Of a stretch of 64,000 nt of DNA, positions 48,424 to 58,292 are shown in pieces. This DNA comes from an uncultured bacterium. Lineage in GTDB: Bacteria; Lernaellota; Lernaellaia; Lernaellales; Lernaellaceae. The translations under genes were made by a program, and so were the position numbers. The stretch is taken from contig CAZEDX010000014.1 in NCBI GenBank assembly GCA_964511015.1, forward strand, positions 10,979-74,978, written 5' to 3'. Position 1 is the first letter of the stretch. Each line of letters starts with the position of its first letter. The notes under the pieces were generated by a model that ran no database searches, was not told the DNA's origin, and was given only the letters and a program-made list of their open reading frames with translations.

Positions 48424-50495
48424 TGCGGCACCTCCCTGGCGAACGCCCGGCGGGCAAAGAAGGATTCAATATCGATCAACGTCTGGCGGTAGGCGGTGTA
48501 CTGATCCGGGCTGACCCGCGTGTCGCGATTGACGAAGCGGTAGACCAAGCGGAACCCGTCGGCGGTCCGCTCGTAGCGGCCGTCGAAATCGAGCAGCGGC
48601 GTGCGTACGACCTTGGGCTGCGGCATGTCCTCCAGTTTCCAATTCGGTGGCAGGTGCACGTTGAACACCTGGCTTTCGGTGTACTGGGTCGGCGTCAGCA
48701 ATGCCGTCCGCCGCGTCTCGTTGTCCACCTGTGCGAAGCGGTCAGGCAGTTCCGGCAGATCCACCACCCACATGCCGCCGGTCTTTTTGGCCAGCATCGG
48801 CAAGCGGTAGACCAACGTGGTGCGCAACGGCTTGTCCGGATCCTGCACGTTCTCGTCGTTGAAGCTAATCAGTTCCGCGCCCGGGCCGCGATCGAGCACC
48901 TGCTCGCGCAGATCCTTTTCCCGCGTGCGTGGATCGATCGATTCGAGATAGCCGCGGTTGGCGGCTTCGAAGATGCCCATCGAGGTGTCGACGCGGGTTA
49001 CGGTCGCCGCGCCCTGCGCGTCGAATCTCACATCGATTTCGATGTTCGATCGGCTGCTGTCAGGCGGCGGCATGTCAATCCAACCCACCGTCCGGCCTAG
49101 CGCATCGACGTAAGGCTGGCCGTGGTCGTCCCAGCGGAAGAAAGGGTAGCGGAAGGTTTCGGCGGTGGCGTCGAGGAAGAACGACCGCCCGTTGAGGAAG
49201 ACCTTGGTGATCGCGTGGTTGCCGGCGAGGTTGGGCACGGCGTAGAGTTCGTGCGCAAAGCCGAAGGTGCCCAGCACCACTGGATGGGCTTCCACGCCGA
49301 TTGCCTTGAGCATCGTCGCCATCAGAATGGCCTTGTCGGTGCAATCGCCGTAGCCGTTGGCGAGGGTCACTTCGGCCGGATGACCGGTGAAACCGGTACC
49401 GAAGTCGGTCTTGATCGAGATGTACCGGATCTTGCGCTGCGCATACTGGTAGATGCGCGCGATCTTCTGTTCGACGTCCGTCGCGTCGCCGACTGCGGCC
49501 GCCACCGCGCGCTTGACCGAGTCGGTTACCACGATCCGGGTGCGGTAGAACTCGGTCAGCAGGTCGAAGATCGGGTCCCACGTTTCGATTACCCGCGCGC
49601 GCAGGGTGGGGGCATATTCCAACTCCGGCGCCATGTGCGGTTCGGTTTCCAGCGGTGCCACGTCGGTCATCGCCCAACGGTAGGTGGTGGAACCGTCGGG
49701 GTTGTCGGTGACCGTCGGCGGCTGCTGGGCGGCGGGCATGTTGCGCGTTTCCCAGAACAGCTTTTTCGCGGCCGGCACGACGATATCGACGCTCGAGAGC
49801 GCCACCGGCGAGGTCGACTGGAAGTAGTATTCGGGAAAGAAGAAGTCGGGATGGATCGGCTTGACCGTTTTGTTGCGGTACCAGTACTCGACGATGTCGC
49901 CGAGGCGCACCTCGGGGATCATAAGCTGGTAGGAGACGCCGCGGTTGAAGAACAGCGTGCCGGCGTAAGGTTCGGTCTTGGTCACGAATTTCGCCCCGGC
50001 CGCCTGGAATGTGCCGTCAGGGTGCACCACCACGCCGAACGGCCCGGTCAGGCGCTCGCGGTTCGGATCGACCCAGTTGCTGGTGCGCGCCCAGGCCCGG
50101 GTCTTTTCTTTCAACACCAAGCCGGTGAAGTGGTAGTCGTACCAGTTGGTGCCGTCGGTTTCGAGCCGGTAGACCCCGATGTCTTCCAAAATGACGCCGG
50201 GCCGGTCGGGGTACTTCTGCGCCAGTTCCCGTCCCTGGGCGAACAGCTTGGCGTACCGCGCCGGGTCGTAGCGCCAATTGATCTCACCGATTTCCACCGG
50301 CGCGGAGAACCGCACTTCGTTCACCGTTTCACGGGCAATACGGCGCCCGTCGGGCAGCGTAAACAGCTTGCCGTCAAAGGAAACGGCCGGCACCCGCAAT
50401 TCATCGCCGTTTTGCAGAACGATGACGGTCTCGGCCAAGGCCGGCAGTACCGCCAGCACCAAAATCAGCAAGAGGAAGCGAAATCCGCGTCGCAT
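48420..50495 (-). CDS. DUF3857 + transglutaminase-like cysteine-protease superfamily protein
   Basis: Signal peptide. Transglutaminase-core-like GYGDCTDKAILMATMLKAIG. 4-nt overlap with the downstream paralog. Confidence 0.6.
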   Translation of the reverse strand: MRRGFRFLLLILVLAVLPALAETVIVLQNGDELRVPAVSFDGKLFTLPDGRRIARETVNEVRFSAPVEIGEINWRYDPARYAKLFAQGRELAQKYPDRPGVILEDIGVYRLETDGTNWYDYHFTGLVLKEKTRAWARTSNWVDPNRERLTGPFGVVVHPDGTFQAAGAKFVTKTEPYAGTLFFNRGVSYQLMIPEVRLGDIVEYWYRNKTVKPIHPDFFFPEYYFQSTSPVALSSVDIVVPAAKKLFWETRNMPAAQQPPTVTDNPDGSTTYRWAMTDVAPLETEPHMAPELEYAPTLRARVIETWDPIFDLLTEFYRTRIVVTDSVKRAVAAAVGDATDVEQKIARIYQYAQRKIRYISIKTDFGTGFTGHPAEVTLANGYGDCTDKAILMATMLKAIGVEAHPVVLGTFGFAHELYAVPNLAGNHAITKVFLNGRSFFLDATAETFRYPFFRWDDHGQPYVDALGRTVGWIDMPPPDSSRSNIEIDVRFDAQGAATVTRVDTSMGIFEAANRGYLESIDPRTREKDLREQVLDRGPGAELISFNDENVQDPDKPLRTTLVYRLPMLAKKTGGMWVVDLPELPDRFAQVDNETRRTALLTPTQYTESQVFNVHLPPNWKLEDMPQPKVVRTPLLDFDGRYERTADGFRLVYRFVNRDTRVSPDQYTAYRQTLIDIESFFARRAFAREVPQ

Positions 50496-50676
50496 CCGAT
50501 CCTCCCAGACATGAAGAGAAGTTTATCTTGAACGCGCCGAAAGCAACTTGCAATGACCGCGGCCGCACCGTAACGTACGCCCGACCCCGGCGCCGGCGGG
50601 GCGTTGGTCTTCATTCAGACCGCCGGCCGCGGCGAAGGTTCAGAACCGGAACGACGGCGGGTCGAAAGGAACCGAG

Positions 50677-51582
50677 GTGACTGCTCAACCCCAGGTGTAT
50701 GTTGTCGGCGCGGAGCACACGGACCAGCGGCTCGACCAGTTCGTGGCCGAGGTGACCGGTGTTTCGCGCAAACGGGCGATGGCGCTGATCGCCGACGGGG
50801 CGGTGCGGGTCGACGGGCGCGTCTTGCCCAAAGGCACGACGCTGGCGGCCGGTCAGCAGGTGGCGGTGGTCGTGGCCGAATTCGGCGCCGCGTCGCCCGA
50901 CCACGAGCTCGCGCCGGCCGTACTGTACCTCGACGACGACCTGGTCGCGGTCGACAAACCGGCGGGCCGCCACAGTGCGCCGCAACGGGCCCACGAAACC
51001 GGCGCGGTGGCGCAGGCGCTGCTGGCGCGTTTCCCCGAGATGGACGGTGTCGGCTTCTCGCCGCTGGAGCCCGGTATCTGCCACCGGCTGGATTTCTGGA
51101 CCTCCGGCGTGCTGCTGGCCGCGCGCAATCAATCGGCCTTTCGCGCGGTGCGCGACGCGTTCGACCGCCATGCGGTGCGCAAGGAATACCTGGCGCTGGT
51201 GGCCGGCGAGCCGCCGCGCGCGTTTCAGGTGGATGCGCCGATCGCCCATCCGTCGCGCCGCGCCGCGCGGGTGGTGGTCGGCGATGAAAAGGGACGGGGC
51301 GTCGTGCCGGCACGCACCGAGTTCGAGGTGCTCGACCAGCGGCCCGGCTATGCCTTGCTCCGGGCCGACTGCGCCACCGGCGCAATGCACCAGATCCGTG
51401 CCCATGCCGCTCACGCCGGCTTCCCGCTGCTCGGCGACGAACTCTACGGCGGCCCGCCCGAACCGAGCGGCCGTTTCTGGCTGCACGCTTCCCAACTCGT
51501 ACTGCCCTGGCGCGGCCAATCGCTGCGCATCCGGGCCGAGTTGGGACCCGACTTCGAGCACCGGTTGGGCCGCGGCGATTGA
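50677..51582 (+). CDS. RluA-family pseudouridine synthase (S4 + catalytic domain)
   Basis: Catalytic motif HRLDFWTSGVLL. N-terminal S4-like domain. GTG start. Confidence 0.8.
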   Translation: MTAQPQVYVVGAEHTDQRLDQFVAEVTGVSRKRAMALIADGAVRVDGRVLPKGTTLAAGQQVAVVVAEFGAASPDHELAPAVLYLDDDLVAVDKPAGRHSAPQRAHETGAVAQALLARFPEMDGVGFSPLEPGICHRLDFWTSGVLLAARNQSAFRAVRDAFDRHAVRKEYLALVAGEPPRAFQVDAPIAHPSRRAARVVVGDEKGRGVVPARTEFEVLDQRPGYALLRADCATGAMHQIRAHAAHAGFPLLGDELYGGPPEPSGRFWLHASQLVLPWRGQSLRIRAELGPDFEHRLGRGD

Positions 51583-51669
51583 CGTCGGCCGGCCGGGCCG
51601 CATTTTCCATTTTTTTCGCTTCATTCTATGATAGCCGCCGGTGTTTCCCCGCTCGCAAAGGAGAACCCC

Positions 51670-53745
51670 ATGCGCCGTGCATTGTTGACCACGATTATAC
51701 TGTTTCTGCTCAGCGCTCAGGCGTGGGCCGACGAAATTGCGCTCACCTACCGCTTTGCCGAACCGATGTTGGTTGAGCACGTGGACGGCACAGTCGAGCC
51801 GGTGCTCGCCGGCCTGAATCAGTTCCTGGTGCCCGGCTACCCGATCGTGCCGGCGCAGACGGCGTGGGTCGCGTTGCCGCAGGGCCACGAAGTGGTGGCG
51901 GTGCGCGTCGAGGCGGCCAAGGCGCGCGTGGTGGCGCAGGCCACCGCGGCGTGGTGCCCCAATTTCGGGCCGTGGGGCGAACCGATCGAACATGAAGCCC
52001 AACCGAATTACGACATCTATGCCGGTACGGCACCGTATCCGAGTGCGCGTTTTCAGCCATTGTCGGTGCAGCACAAGCGCGGCGTGGCGATTCTGCCGGT
52101 CGTGCTCTACCCGGTGCAATACGTGCCGGGGAACGAAGAGCTAACCTTTACCAGCGAGTTGACCGTGCGCGTAACCACGCGGCCGCAGCGGCGGGCGGAG
52201 GCAGAGCTGTTGCCGTTCCGCGGCCTGCCCGACGATCTGCGCGAACTGCGCGCGCGCGTCGACAATCCGGAACTTCTCTCCCGGTACGAGGTCGAAACGA
52301 TACCGATGCGCGTCGAAATCGACTACCTGGTCATCACCCCGCAGAAATGGGTGAACGCGCTGCAAGACTACGTGCAGCACAAAGCCGATCTGTTTGGCCT
52401 GCGTTGTGAGATTGTCCCGTTGGAAGACATCCTGGCGCAGATGGCGGGCCAGACCGATCAGAAGAAGATTCGCGACTACATCGTGCAGCGTTACAACGAC
52501 GGACTCCAGTGGGTGCTGATCGTCGGTGACGCCGACCGCGACCGGGAAGTCATCAAGCTGCGTGGTCTGTACGTTTCCGGCACCGACCCCGACGACGGCT
52601 CGACCTACACCGATTCCCGCATGGCCGCCGACCAGTATTATGGCTGTCTGGACGGCAACTACAACCAGAACGGCAACAACTTTTGGGGCGAGCCCAATGA
52701 CGGTCCCGGCGGCGGCGAAGTCGACTTGCTCTATGACGTGCACGTGGGGCGTTTCGCGGTCGAACATTTGTGGGAAGTGAAGATCATGGCCGGCAAGACC
52801 ACGGCGTTCGAAGACGACTACCAAATGCCGCAGCGCCTACTGTTCGTCGGCGAGGAAGCGGACGAAGTCAGCTCCGGCGGCGAGATGAAAGACAAGGTCT
52901 ACGAATATTGTGGCGACCAGACCATGCCGATCACGCGGCTGTACGATTACAACAACCTGTTCAGCCACCAGCACGTCGTAACGGCGATCAATTCCAATCA
53001 GTTCCAGTGGCTGAACCACATGGGCCACGCCGACGTCACCGTCAACATGACGTTCTACCCGTCGACCGTCAACGAGCTGACCAACACGCGTTTCTACCTC
53101 GGCCTGTCGCAGGGCTGCTACTCGGGCAGCGTCGACAGCGTTAGCCTCTATGGGCAGGAATCGGTCGACTGCATGGCCGAGCAGTTCACCGCGAAGACGC
53201 AGCACGCGGCCTTTGCCTACTTCATGAACACGCGCTACGGATTCTACCTGCGCGGCCGGCTCGACGGCCCAAGCAACGTCTATGACTGGGAGTTCGCCGA
53301 TGCGCTGTTCAACGACGGCATCCCGAACATCGGCGCGGCGATGGACAAGGGCAAGGAAGACTGCATCGGCTTGCTCTCGCCGCAGAACATGATGCGCTGG
53401 TCGTGGTACACGCTCTTCCTGTTCGGTGATCCGCAAACGCCGATGCGCCTGAACTGTGACAACGACGGCGACGGTTACATGTCGGCCTACTGCGGCGGGC
53501 TGGGCGAAGACTGCAACGACGTCGACGGCGCGGTGAATCCGGACGCGGCCGAAACGTGCGACGACGGCGTCGACAACAACTGCAACGGCCTGGCCGACGC
53601 CGAGGATCCGGCTTGCGCGGTGGCCGACGACGACGCCGATGACGACGCGGTCGACGACGATGCCGTCGGCGACGACGACGCGGCCGGTGACGACGACGGG
53701 GCGGACGACGATGACAACAACGACGACGGCGGGTGTGGCTGCTGA
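51670..53745 (+). CDS. C25 (gingipain-like) cysteine peptidase with MopE-like metal-binding motif, poly-Asp linker and terminal GCGC
   Basis: Start at MRRALLTTIILFLLSAQAWA with AGGAG RBS. C25 blocks EIDYLVITP, WVLIVGDADRD, DQYYGCLDGNYN, HVGRFAV. Putative catalytic His/Cys in NHMGHADVT and GLSQGCYSG. MopE-like motif YCGGLGEDCNDVDGAVNPDAAETCDDGVDNNCNGLADAEDPAC. Ends DDDDNNDDGGCGC then TGA. Confidence 0.75.
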   Translation: MRRALLTTIILFLLSAQAWADEIALTYRFAEPMLVEHVDGTVEPVLAGLNQFLVPGYPIVPAQTAWVALPQGHEVVAVRVEAAKARVVAQATAAWCPNFGPWGEPIEHEAQPNYDIYAGTAPYPSARFQPLSVQHKRGVAILPVVLYPVQYVPGNEELTFTSELTVRVTTRPQRRAEAELLPFRGLPDDLRELRARVDNPELLSRYEVETIPMRVEIDYLVITPQKWVNALQDYVQHKADLFGLRCEIVPLEDILAQMAGQTDQKKIRDYIVQRYNDGLQWVLIVGDADRDREVIKLRGLYVSGTDPDDGSTYTDSRMAADQYYGCLDGNYNQNGNNFWGEPNDGPGGGEVDLLYDVHVGRFAVEHLWEVKIMAGKTTAFEDDYQMPQRLLFVGEEADEVSSGGEMKDKVYEYCGDQTMPITRLYDYNNLFSHQHVVTAINSNQFQWLNHMGHADVTVNMTFYPSTVNELTNTRFYLGLSQGCYSGSVDSVSLYGQESVDCMAEQFTAKTQHAAFAYFMNTRYGFYLRGRLDGPSNVYDWEFADALFNDGIPNIGAAMDKGKEDCIGLLSPQNMMRWSWYTLFLFGDPQTPMRLNCDNDGDGYMSAYCGGLGEDCNDVDGAVNPDAAETCDDGVDNNCNGLADAEDPACAVADDDADDDAVDDDAVGDDDAAGDDDGADDDDNNDDGGCGC

Positions 53746-53789
53746 CCACGCGCCGGCGACGGGCAACGAAACTACCGAGGGGGAGTGCG

Positions 53790-54671
53790 ATGTTCCAGGG
53801 CATCTATGTCGCGACAGCCACGCCGATGCGGGCGGACGGCTCGTTTGACGAAGCCGCCTACGCGGCGCACGTGCAGCGGCTGGTGGCCGCCGGCGTGCAC
53901 GGCTTGGTGCCGGCCGGCACCACCGGCGAAGGTCCGACGATGAACGCGGGCGAGAAACAGGCGATGATCCGCATCTGCCGCGACGCCGCGCAGGGCCGGG
54001 CGAAGGTGGTCGCGGGCGCGGGCAGCAACAGCACCACGGCCAGCGTCGAAGCGGCGCAGGCGGCAAAGGAAGCCGGGGCCGACGGCGTGCTCGCGGTCGT
54101 GCCGTACTACAACAAGCCGATGCAAACCGGCATGATCAAGCACTTCCAGGCCATCGCCGAGGTCGGTCTGCCGGTGATGATCTACAACATCCCCGGACGC
54201 ACCAGCATCAACATGACCTCCGAAAGCATCGCCGAAGCGGCGAAACACCCGAACATCGTCGCGGTCAAGGAAGCGACCGGCACGGTCACCGCCACCGCGG
54301 AGATCGTCGCGCTCGCCCCGCGGCTCGACGTGCTGGCCGGCGACGACGCGCTGTTCCTGCCGTGTCTATCGGTGGGCGGCGCGGGCGTGGTCAGCGTTGC
54401 CGCCAACGTCGACCCGGCGCGCATGGTCGCGCTCTGGAACGCGTGGCAGGCCGGCGACCTGCAAGGCGCGCAGAAGATCCATCGGCAGCTCTGGCCGCTA
54501 TTCCGCGCGCTGTTCATTGAAACCAACCCGATCCCGGTCAAGGCGGCGCTGCACCTGCTCGGCCACAGCGGGCCGACGATGAGGCTGCCGATGACCGAAG
54601 CGGCCGAAACGACCGTCGCGCGGCTGTCCGTCGTGTTGCGCGAGCTCGGCCTGTTGGGCGGCGGAAAATGA
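53790..54671 (+). CDS. dapA: 4-hydroxy-tetrahydrodipicolinate synthase
   Basis: MFQGIYVATATPMRADGSFD...GLVPAGTTGEG. Typical DapA. Confidence 0.9.
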   Translation: MFQGIYVATATPMRADGSFDEAAYAAHVQRLVAAGVHGLVPAGTTGEGPTMNAGEKQAMIRICRDAAQGRAKVVAGAGSNSTTASVEAAQAAKEAGADGVLAVVPYYNKPMQTGMIKHFQAIAEVGLPVMIYNIPGRTSINMTSESIAEAAKHPNIVAVKEATGTVTATAEIVALAPRLDVLAGDDALFLPCLSVGGAGVVSVAANVDPARMVALWNAWQAGDLQGAQKIHRQLWPLFRALFIETNPIPVKAALHLLGHSGPTMRLPMTEAAETTVARLSVVLRELGLLGGGK

Positions 54672-55480
54672 ACAATCTGAGACTTATCGTCACCGGCGCG
54701 ATGGGCCGCGTGGGGCAGGCGCTGGTGCGCTATATCGCCACGCACGACGGCTACGAGCTGCTCGGCGCGGTCGAGCGGCACGATCACCCCGATCTGGCGC
54801 GCGACATCGGCGGCATGCTGCTTGGGCGCAACCTCGGCGTCGCACTCGAGAACGACGTGCGCAACGTCATTCTGGGCGCGCATGCGGTGATCGATTTCAC
54901 GCTGCCCGAGGCGGCGCTGCGGCACGCCGAGTGGGTGGCGCCGCGCGGGGTGCCGCTGGTGATCGGCACAACCGGCCTGTCGGCTGAACAGAAGGAACTG
55001 CTGGCCAAACTGGCCGAGCAGGCGCCGATCGTGCTCGCGCCGAATATGAGCGTCGGCGTCAATCTGCTGTTTCATCTGGCGCGGCGGGCGGCGCAGGTGC
55101 TCGATGAGGAATACGACGTCGAGATCGTCGAGACGCACCATCGCAACAAAGTCGACGCGCCATCGGGCACGGCGCTACGGCTGGCGGAGGTCGTCGCGAC
55201 GCAGTGGGGCCGCGAGGAACCAGCGGAGTTTTACGACCACGGCCGGGAGGGGCAGGTCGGCGTGCGCGAGTACGGCCGCATCGGTCTGCACGCGGTGCGC
55301 GGCGGCGATATCGTCGGCGACCACGATCTGCATTTCTACGGCTTAGGTGAGGTGCTGACGTTATCGCATCGCGCGACCACTCGCGACAACTTCGTCAAAG
55401 GGGCGTTGCGCGCGGCGCGGTGGTTGCAGGGGCGCGAACCGGGTCTGTACGACATGCAGGATGTGCTGGGCCTGCGCTGA
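54668..55480 (+). CDS. dapB: 4-hydroxy-tetrahydrodipicolinate reductase
   Basis: MNNLRLIVTGAMGRVGQALV (Rossmann) and EIVETHHRNKVDAPSGTA blocks. Start overlaps the dapA stop. Confidence 0.9.
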   Translation: MNNLRLIVTGAMGRVGQALVRYIATHDGYELLGAVERHDHPDLARDIGGMLLGRNLGVALENDVRNVILGAHAVIDFTLPEAALRHAEWVAPRGVPLVIGTTGLSAEQKELLAKLAEQAPIVLAPNMSVGVNLLFHLARRAAQVLDEEYDVEIVETHHRNKVDAPSGTALRLAEVVATQWGREEPAEFYDHGREGQVGVREYGRIGLHAVRGGDIVGDHDLHFYGLGEVLTLSHRATTRDNFVKGALRAARWLQGREPGLYDMQDVLGLR

Positions 55481-55501
55481 CGCGGCGAGGCGGGACGCAA
55501 C

Positions 55502-56281
55502 ATGAAAATCGCCAGATATCAGTTGGGCCACAGCGTGCGCATCGGGCGGCTCGAAGGCGACGGCGTGCGCGACATGGGCGCCGATCTGTTCGCGCACCTG
55601 CAGGTCTTCGGCCAGACCCACACCCTCGACCAGGTGAAGCTGCTGGCGCCGTTGGTGCCACGCAAGATCGTCGGCGTCGGCAACAACTACTTCGAGCATG
55701 CGCGCGAGATGGGGCACGAGCCGCCGGCGCAACCCGACATCTTCCTCAAACCGGGCACGGCGGTGATCGGGCCGGACGACGCGATCGAGATACCGGCGGC
55801 TTCCCAGCAGGTCGAGCTGGAAGCGGAGCTGGCGGTGATCGTCGGCCGCACGCTGCGCGACGCAACGGTCGAAGAGGCCGCGATCGCCGTGCTCGGCTAC
55901 ACCTGCATCAACGACGTCACCGCGCGCGATCTGCAGCGCAGCGACCGCACCTGGACGCGCGGCAAAGGGCACGACACCTTCGCGCCGCTGGGTCCGTTCA
56001 TCGCCACCGACCTCGACCCGGGCAACCTGTTGATCGAAAGCTACGTCAACGGCGTGCGCAAGCAGTACGCGCGCACGCGCCAGATGCTGCACCACGTGCC
56101 GCAATTGCTGTCGTACATTTCGTCCATCATGACGCTCGAACCCGGCGACGTGGTGGCCACCGGCACCCCGGCCGGCGTCGCGCGCATCCAACCCGGCGAC
56201 GTGGTCGAGGTTGTCCTCGAAGGCATCGGCCGCCTGCGCAACCCGGTGGTGGCGCGGGGCGCATCGCCGGATATCGCCTAG
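55502..56281 (+). CDS. Fumarylacetoacetate-hydrolase (FAH) family protein
   Basis: 259 aa. FAH-family blocks (KIVGVGNNYFEHAREMG, ELEAELAVIVGR, HDTFAPLGP). Confidence 0.8.
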   Translation: MKIARYQLGHSVRIGRLEGDGVRDMGADLFAHLQVFGQTHTLDQVKLLAPLVPRKIVGVGNNYFEHAREMGHEPPAQPDIFLKPGTAVIGPDDAIEIPAASQQVELEAELAVIVGRTLRDATVEEAAIAVLGYTCINDVTARDLQRSDRTWTRGKGHDTFAPLGPFIATDLDPGNLLIESYVNGVRKQYARTRQMLHHVPQLLSYISSIMTLEPGDVVATGTPAGVARIQPGDVVEVVLEGIGRLRNPVVARGASPDIA

Positions 56282-56295
56282 GCCGGAGCGGCGGG

Positions 56296-56640
56296 GTGGA
56301 ACCGGCCACCGCCGTTGCCCGCGCCGCCAACGAATTCGGTTTCCGCCTACTGGTCCAACTCGCGCCCACCCAGGATCAACGCAATCTGATGATCTCGCCA
56401 TTGGGCGTGTCGATGTGTCTGACGATGTTGCATCACGCCGCCGGCGGGGCCACGCGCGAGGCGCTCGCCAGTGCGCCTGGCCTGACCGGCCTCGCGGACG
56501 AGACGATCGCCGCCGGCTATGACACGCTGGGCCGGCGGCGCGTCTGGTCGTCGACCGTCCGTTCCTGTTCGCCATCGCCGGCACGATGCCCGGCGGCGAA
56601 CGGACCATTCTCTTTCTCGGCTGGTTGGTCGATCCGGTTT
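56296..56640 (+). pseudogene. Serpin relic: N-terminal ~80 aa and C-terminal ~32 aa joined by an internal deletion with frame change
   Basis: Frame 1 gives ANEFGFRLLVQL...NLMISPLGVSMCLTMLHHAAGGATREALASA, a serpin N-terminus. Frame 3 from ~56544 gives LVVDRPFLFAIAGTMPGGERTILFLGWLVDPV then stop, a serpin C-terminal signature. About 300 aa of serpin body is absent. Confidence 0.6.
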
Positions 56641-56644
56641 AGTC

Positions 56645-57616
56645 CTACTCGAACAGCTCAGTCGGTCCGCGCTCGGCGGTGACGATCAGGCGGCCATCCT
56701 GACGCGCAAAGAGCAGTTGGCGGCCGAAGAACGGGATATGGATACGGTTGCCGTCCACCCGCTCGCGGACCAAGGCGGCGAATTCGCGGCGCGGGGCGTG
56801 CAGCCGGTCGTAGCTCTGGATGAACGTCGAATGGTGGGTGGCGATCATGTGCCGCGCGCGCAGGTCGTCGAAGGCGCGCAGCACATCGTCGGCGTCGAGG
56901 TGGTTGCGGCGCATGATCCAGCGCGGCCGGTACGGGCCGACCGGCAACAGCGCGACGTCGATATTCCACCGTCGGCCGATCTCGCGGAACAGTTCGCCGT
57001 CGTAGGCGGTGTCGCCGGCGTAATAGACGACAAACCCGTTGCCCTCGATGACCAGTCCGCCGCAAGCGCGATCCCACAAGCCGTCCAGTCCCCACCGGCC
57101 GCCCCAATGTTTGGCGCCGACAACGGTGACCCGCAGGCCGCGGTAAGACGTCGACTGCCCGATGCCCAGACCAAAGCGCTCGCCGAACGGCAGTCCGCGC
57201 GGTAGCCGTCGGCCCACGCCGTGCGGCGTGACTACCGCGCCATCGCCGGGCACGTTCCGTAGGCTGCCGGAATCGAGGTGATCGAGGTGCGGGTGCGACA
57301 CGAAGGTCAGATCGATCGCCGGCAGGTGCTCGGGTGCGACACCGACCTCCACCAACCGCCGTTGCAGGCGGCCGATGTGATCGAATAGCACCGGGTCGGT
57401 GAGCACGAACCGCTCGCCGAGTTGGATCAATACGGTCGCGTGGCCGAGCCAGGTGATCGCCAGCGGCGCTTCGGCTTTCAATTCGTTGAGACGGCCGGCA
57501 ACGCGTCGCGGGGGTTGCAACGAGTGATATAACGCGCGGGCGCCGATGCGGATCATGAACAGGCGAGACAATAAAAGCAGCGCCACGAGGCCAACCAGCC
57601 ATGGCAGGAAATCCAT
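56645..57616 (-). CDS. MBL-fold metallo-hydrolase (NAPE-PLD / Zn-dependent hydrolase-like), membrane-anchored
   Basis: HxHxDH motif VSHPHLDHLD. N-terminal TM helix. Confidence 0.75.
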   Translation of the reverse strand: MDFLPWLVGLVALLLLSRLFMIRIGARALYHSLQPPRRVAGRLNELKAEAPLAITWLGHATVLIQLGERFVLTDPVLFDHIGRLQRRLVEVGVAPEHLPAIDLTFVSHPHLDHLDSGSLRNVPGDGAVVTPHGVGRRLPRGLPFGERFGLGIGQSTSYRGLRVTVVGAKHWGGRWGLDGLWDRACGGLVIEGNGFVVYYAGDTAYDGELFREIGRRWNIDVALLPVGPYRPRWIMRRNHLDADDVLRAFDDLRARHMIATHHSTFIQSYDRLHAPRREFAALVRERVDGNRIHIPFFGRQLLFARQDGRLIVTAERGPTELFE

Positions 57617-57635
57617 TGTCGCGACTGCTCCATGG

Positions 57636-58289
57636 TTACAGGGGCTGAACGGCGTAGAGCACCTTCAGGTCAGCCACCAGGCGCCGCGCCAAGCGGCGGT
57701 CGCCATCGTCGGTCAAGGGATAGTCCAAAAAATAGGCTTCGGATCGCGCTTGGTAGAGCGCGTGAACCCGGCGCGCCATCATCAGCCGCGTCAGGTCGTG
57801 AATGTGGTAGGCGATGAACACCGGATTGAAATCATTGCGAACCGCGCCTTCTTTGATGCCGGTGCTGGTCAGATTGAGGTAGAACATCGCCGCGCGTTTC
57901 TCGTAACGGTCGGCCGCGGCCCGGATCACGTCGGTCAATCCGGAGGCACCGATGTTGAGATACACGTTGACGAACGCACCCAGCCGGCTGCCTTTTTCGG
58001 CAGCCAGTTCGAACAAGCCGGAAACGCGTTCCCAGAACGGCACGTTTTCGCCGCCGATGGCAATGTAGGTTTCGTTGAAGTACTGCAGACCGCGCCCGAG
58101 CACCAGGCCGATCAGGTCGGGCATGCCTTCGAAATACTGCTGGATGGCTTCCGGCGGCACATTCGCCTGCTCGGCCACGTCGGCTAAGGTCGCATAGCGC
58201 AGGCCTTTGCTGCGCAAGGCCTCCGCGCCGGCGAGCAGCACGCGGTCCTGAACATCAGACGGCAGACTCAAGAAGAGGGGTGTTGGCAA
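57636..58289 (-). CDS. TetR/AcrR-family transcriptional regulator
   Basis: N-terminal HTH RYATLADVAEQANVPPEAIQQYF. ~217 aa. Confidence 0.7.
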   Translation of the reverse strand: MPTPLFLSLPSDVQDRVLLAGAEALRSKGLRYATLADVAEQANVPPEAIQQYFEGMPDLIGLVLGRGLQYFNETYIAIGGENVPFWERVSGLFELAAEKGSRLGAFVNVYLNIGASGLTDVIRAAADRYEKRAAMFYLNLTSTGIKEGAVRNDFNPVFIAYHIHDLTRLMMARRVHALYQARSEAYFLDYPLTDDGDRRLARRLVADLKVLYAVQPL

Positions 58290-58292
58290 CGT

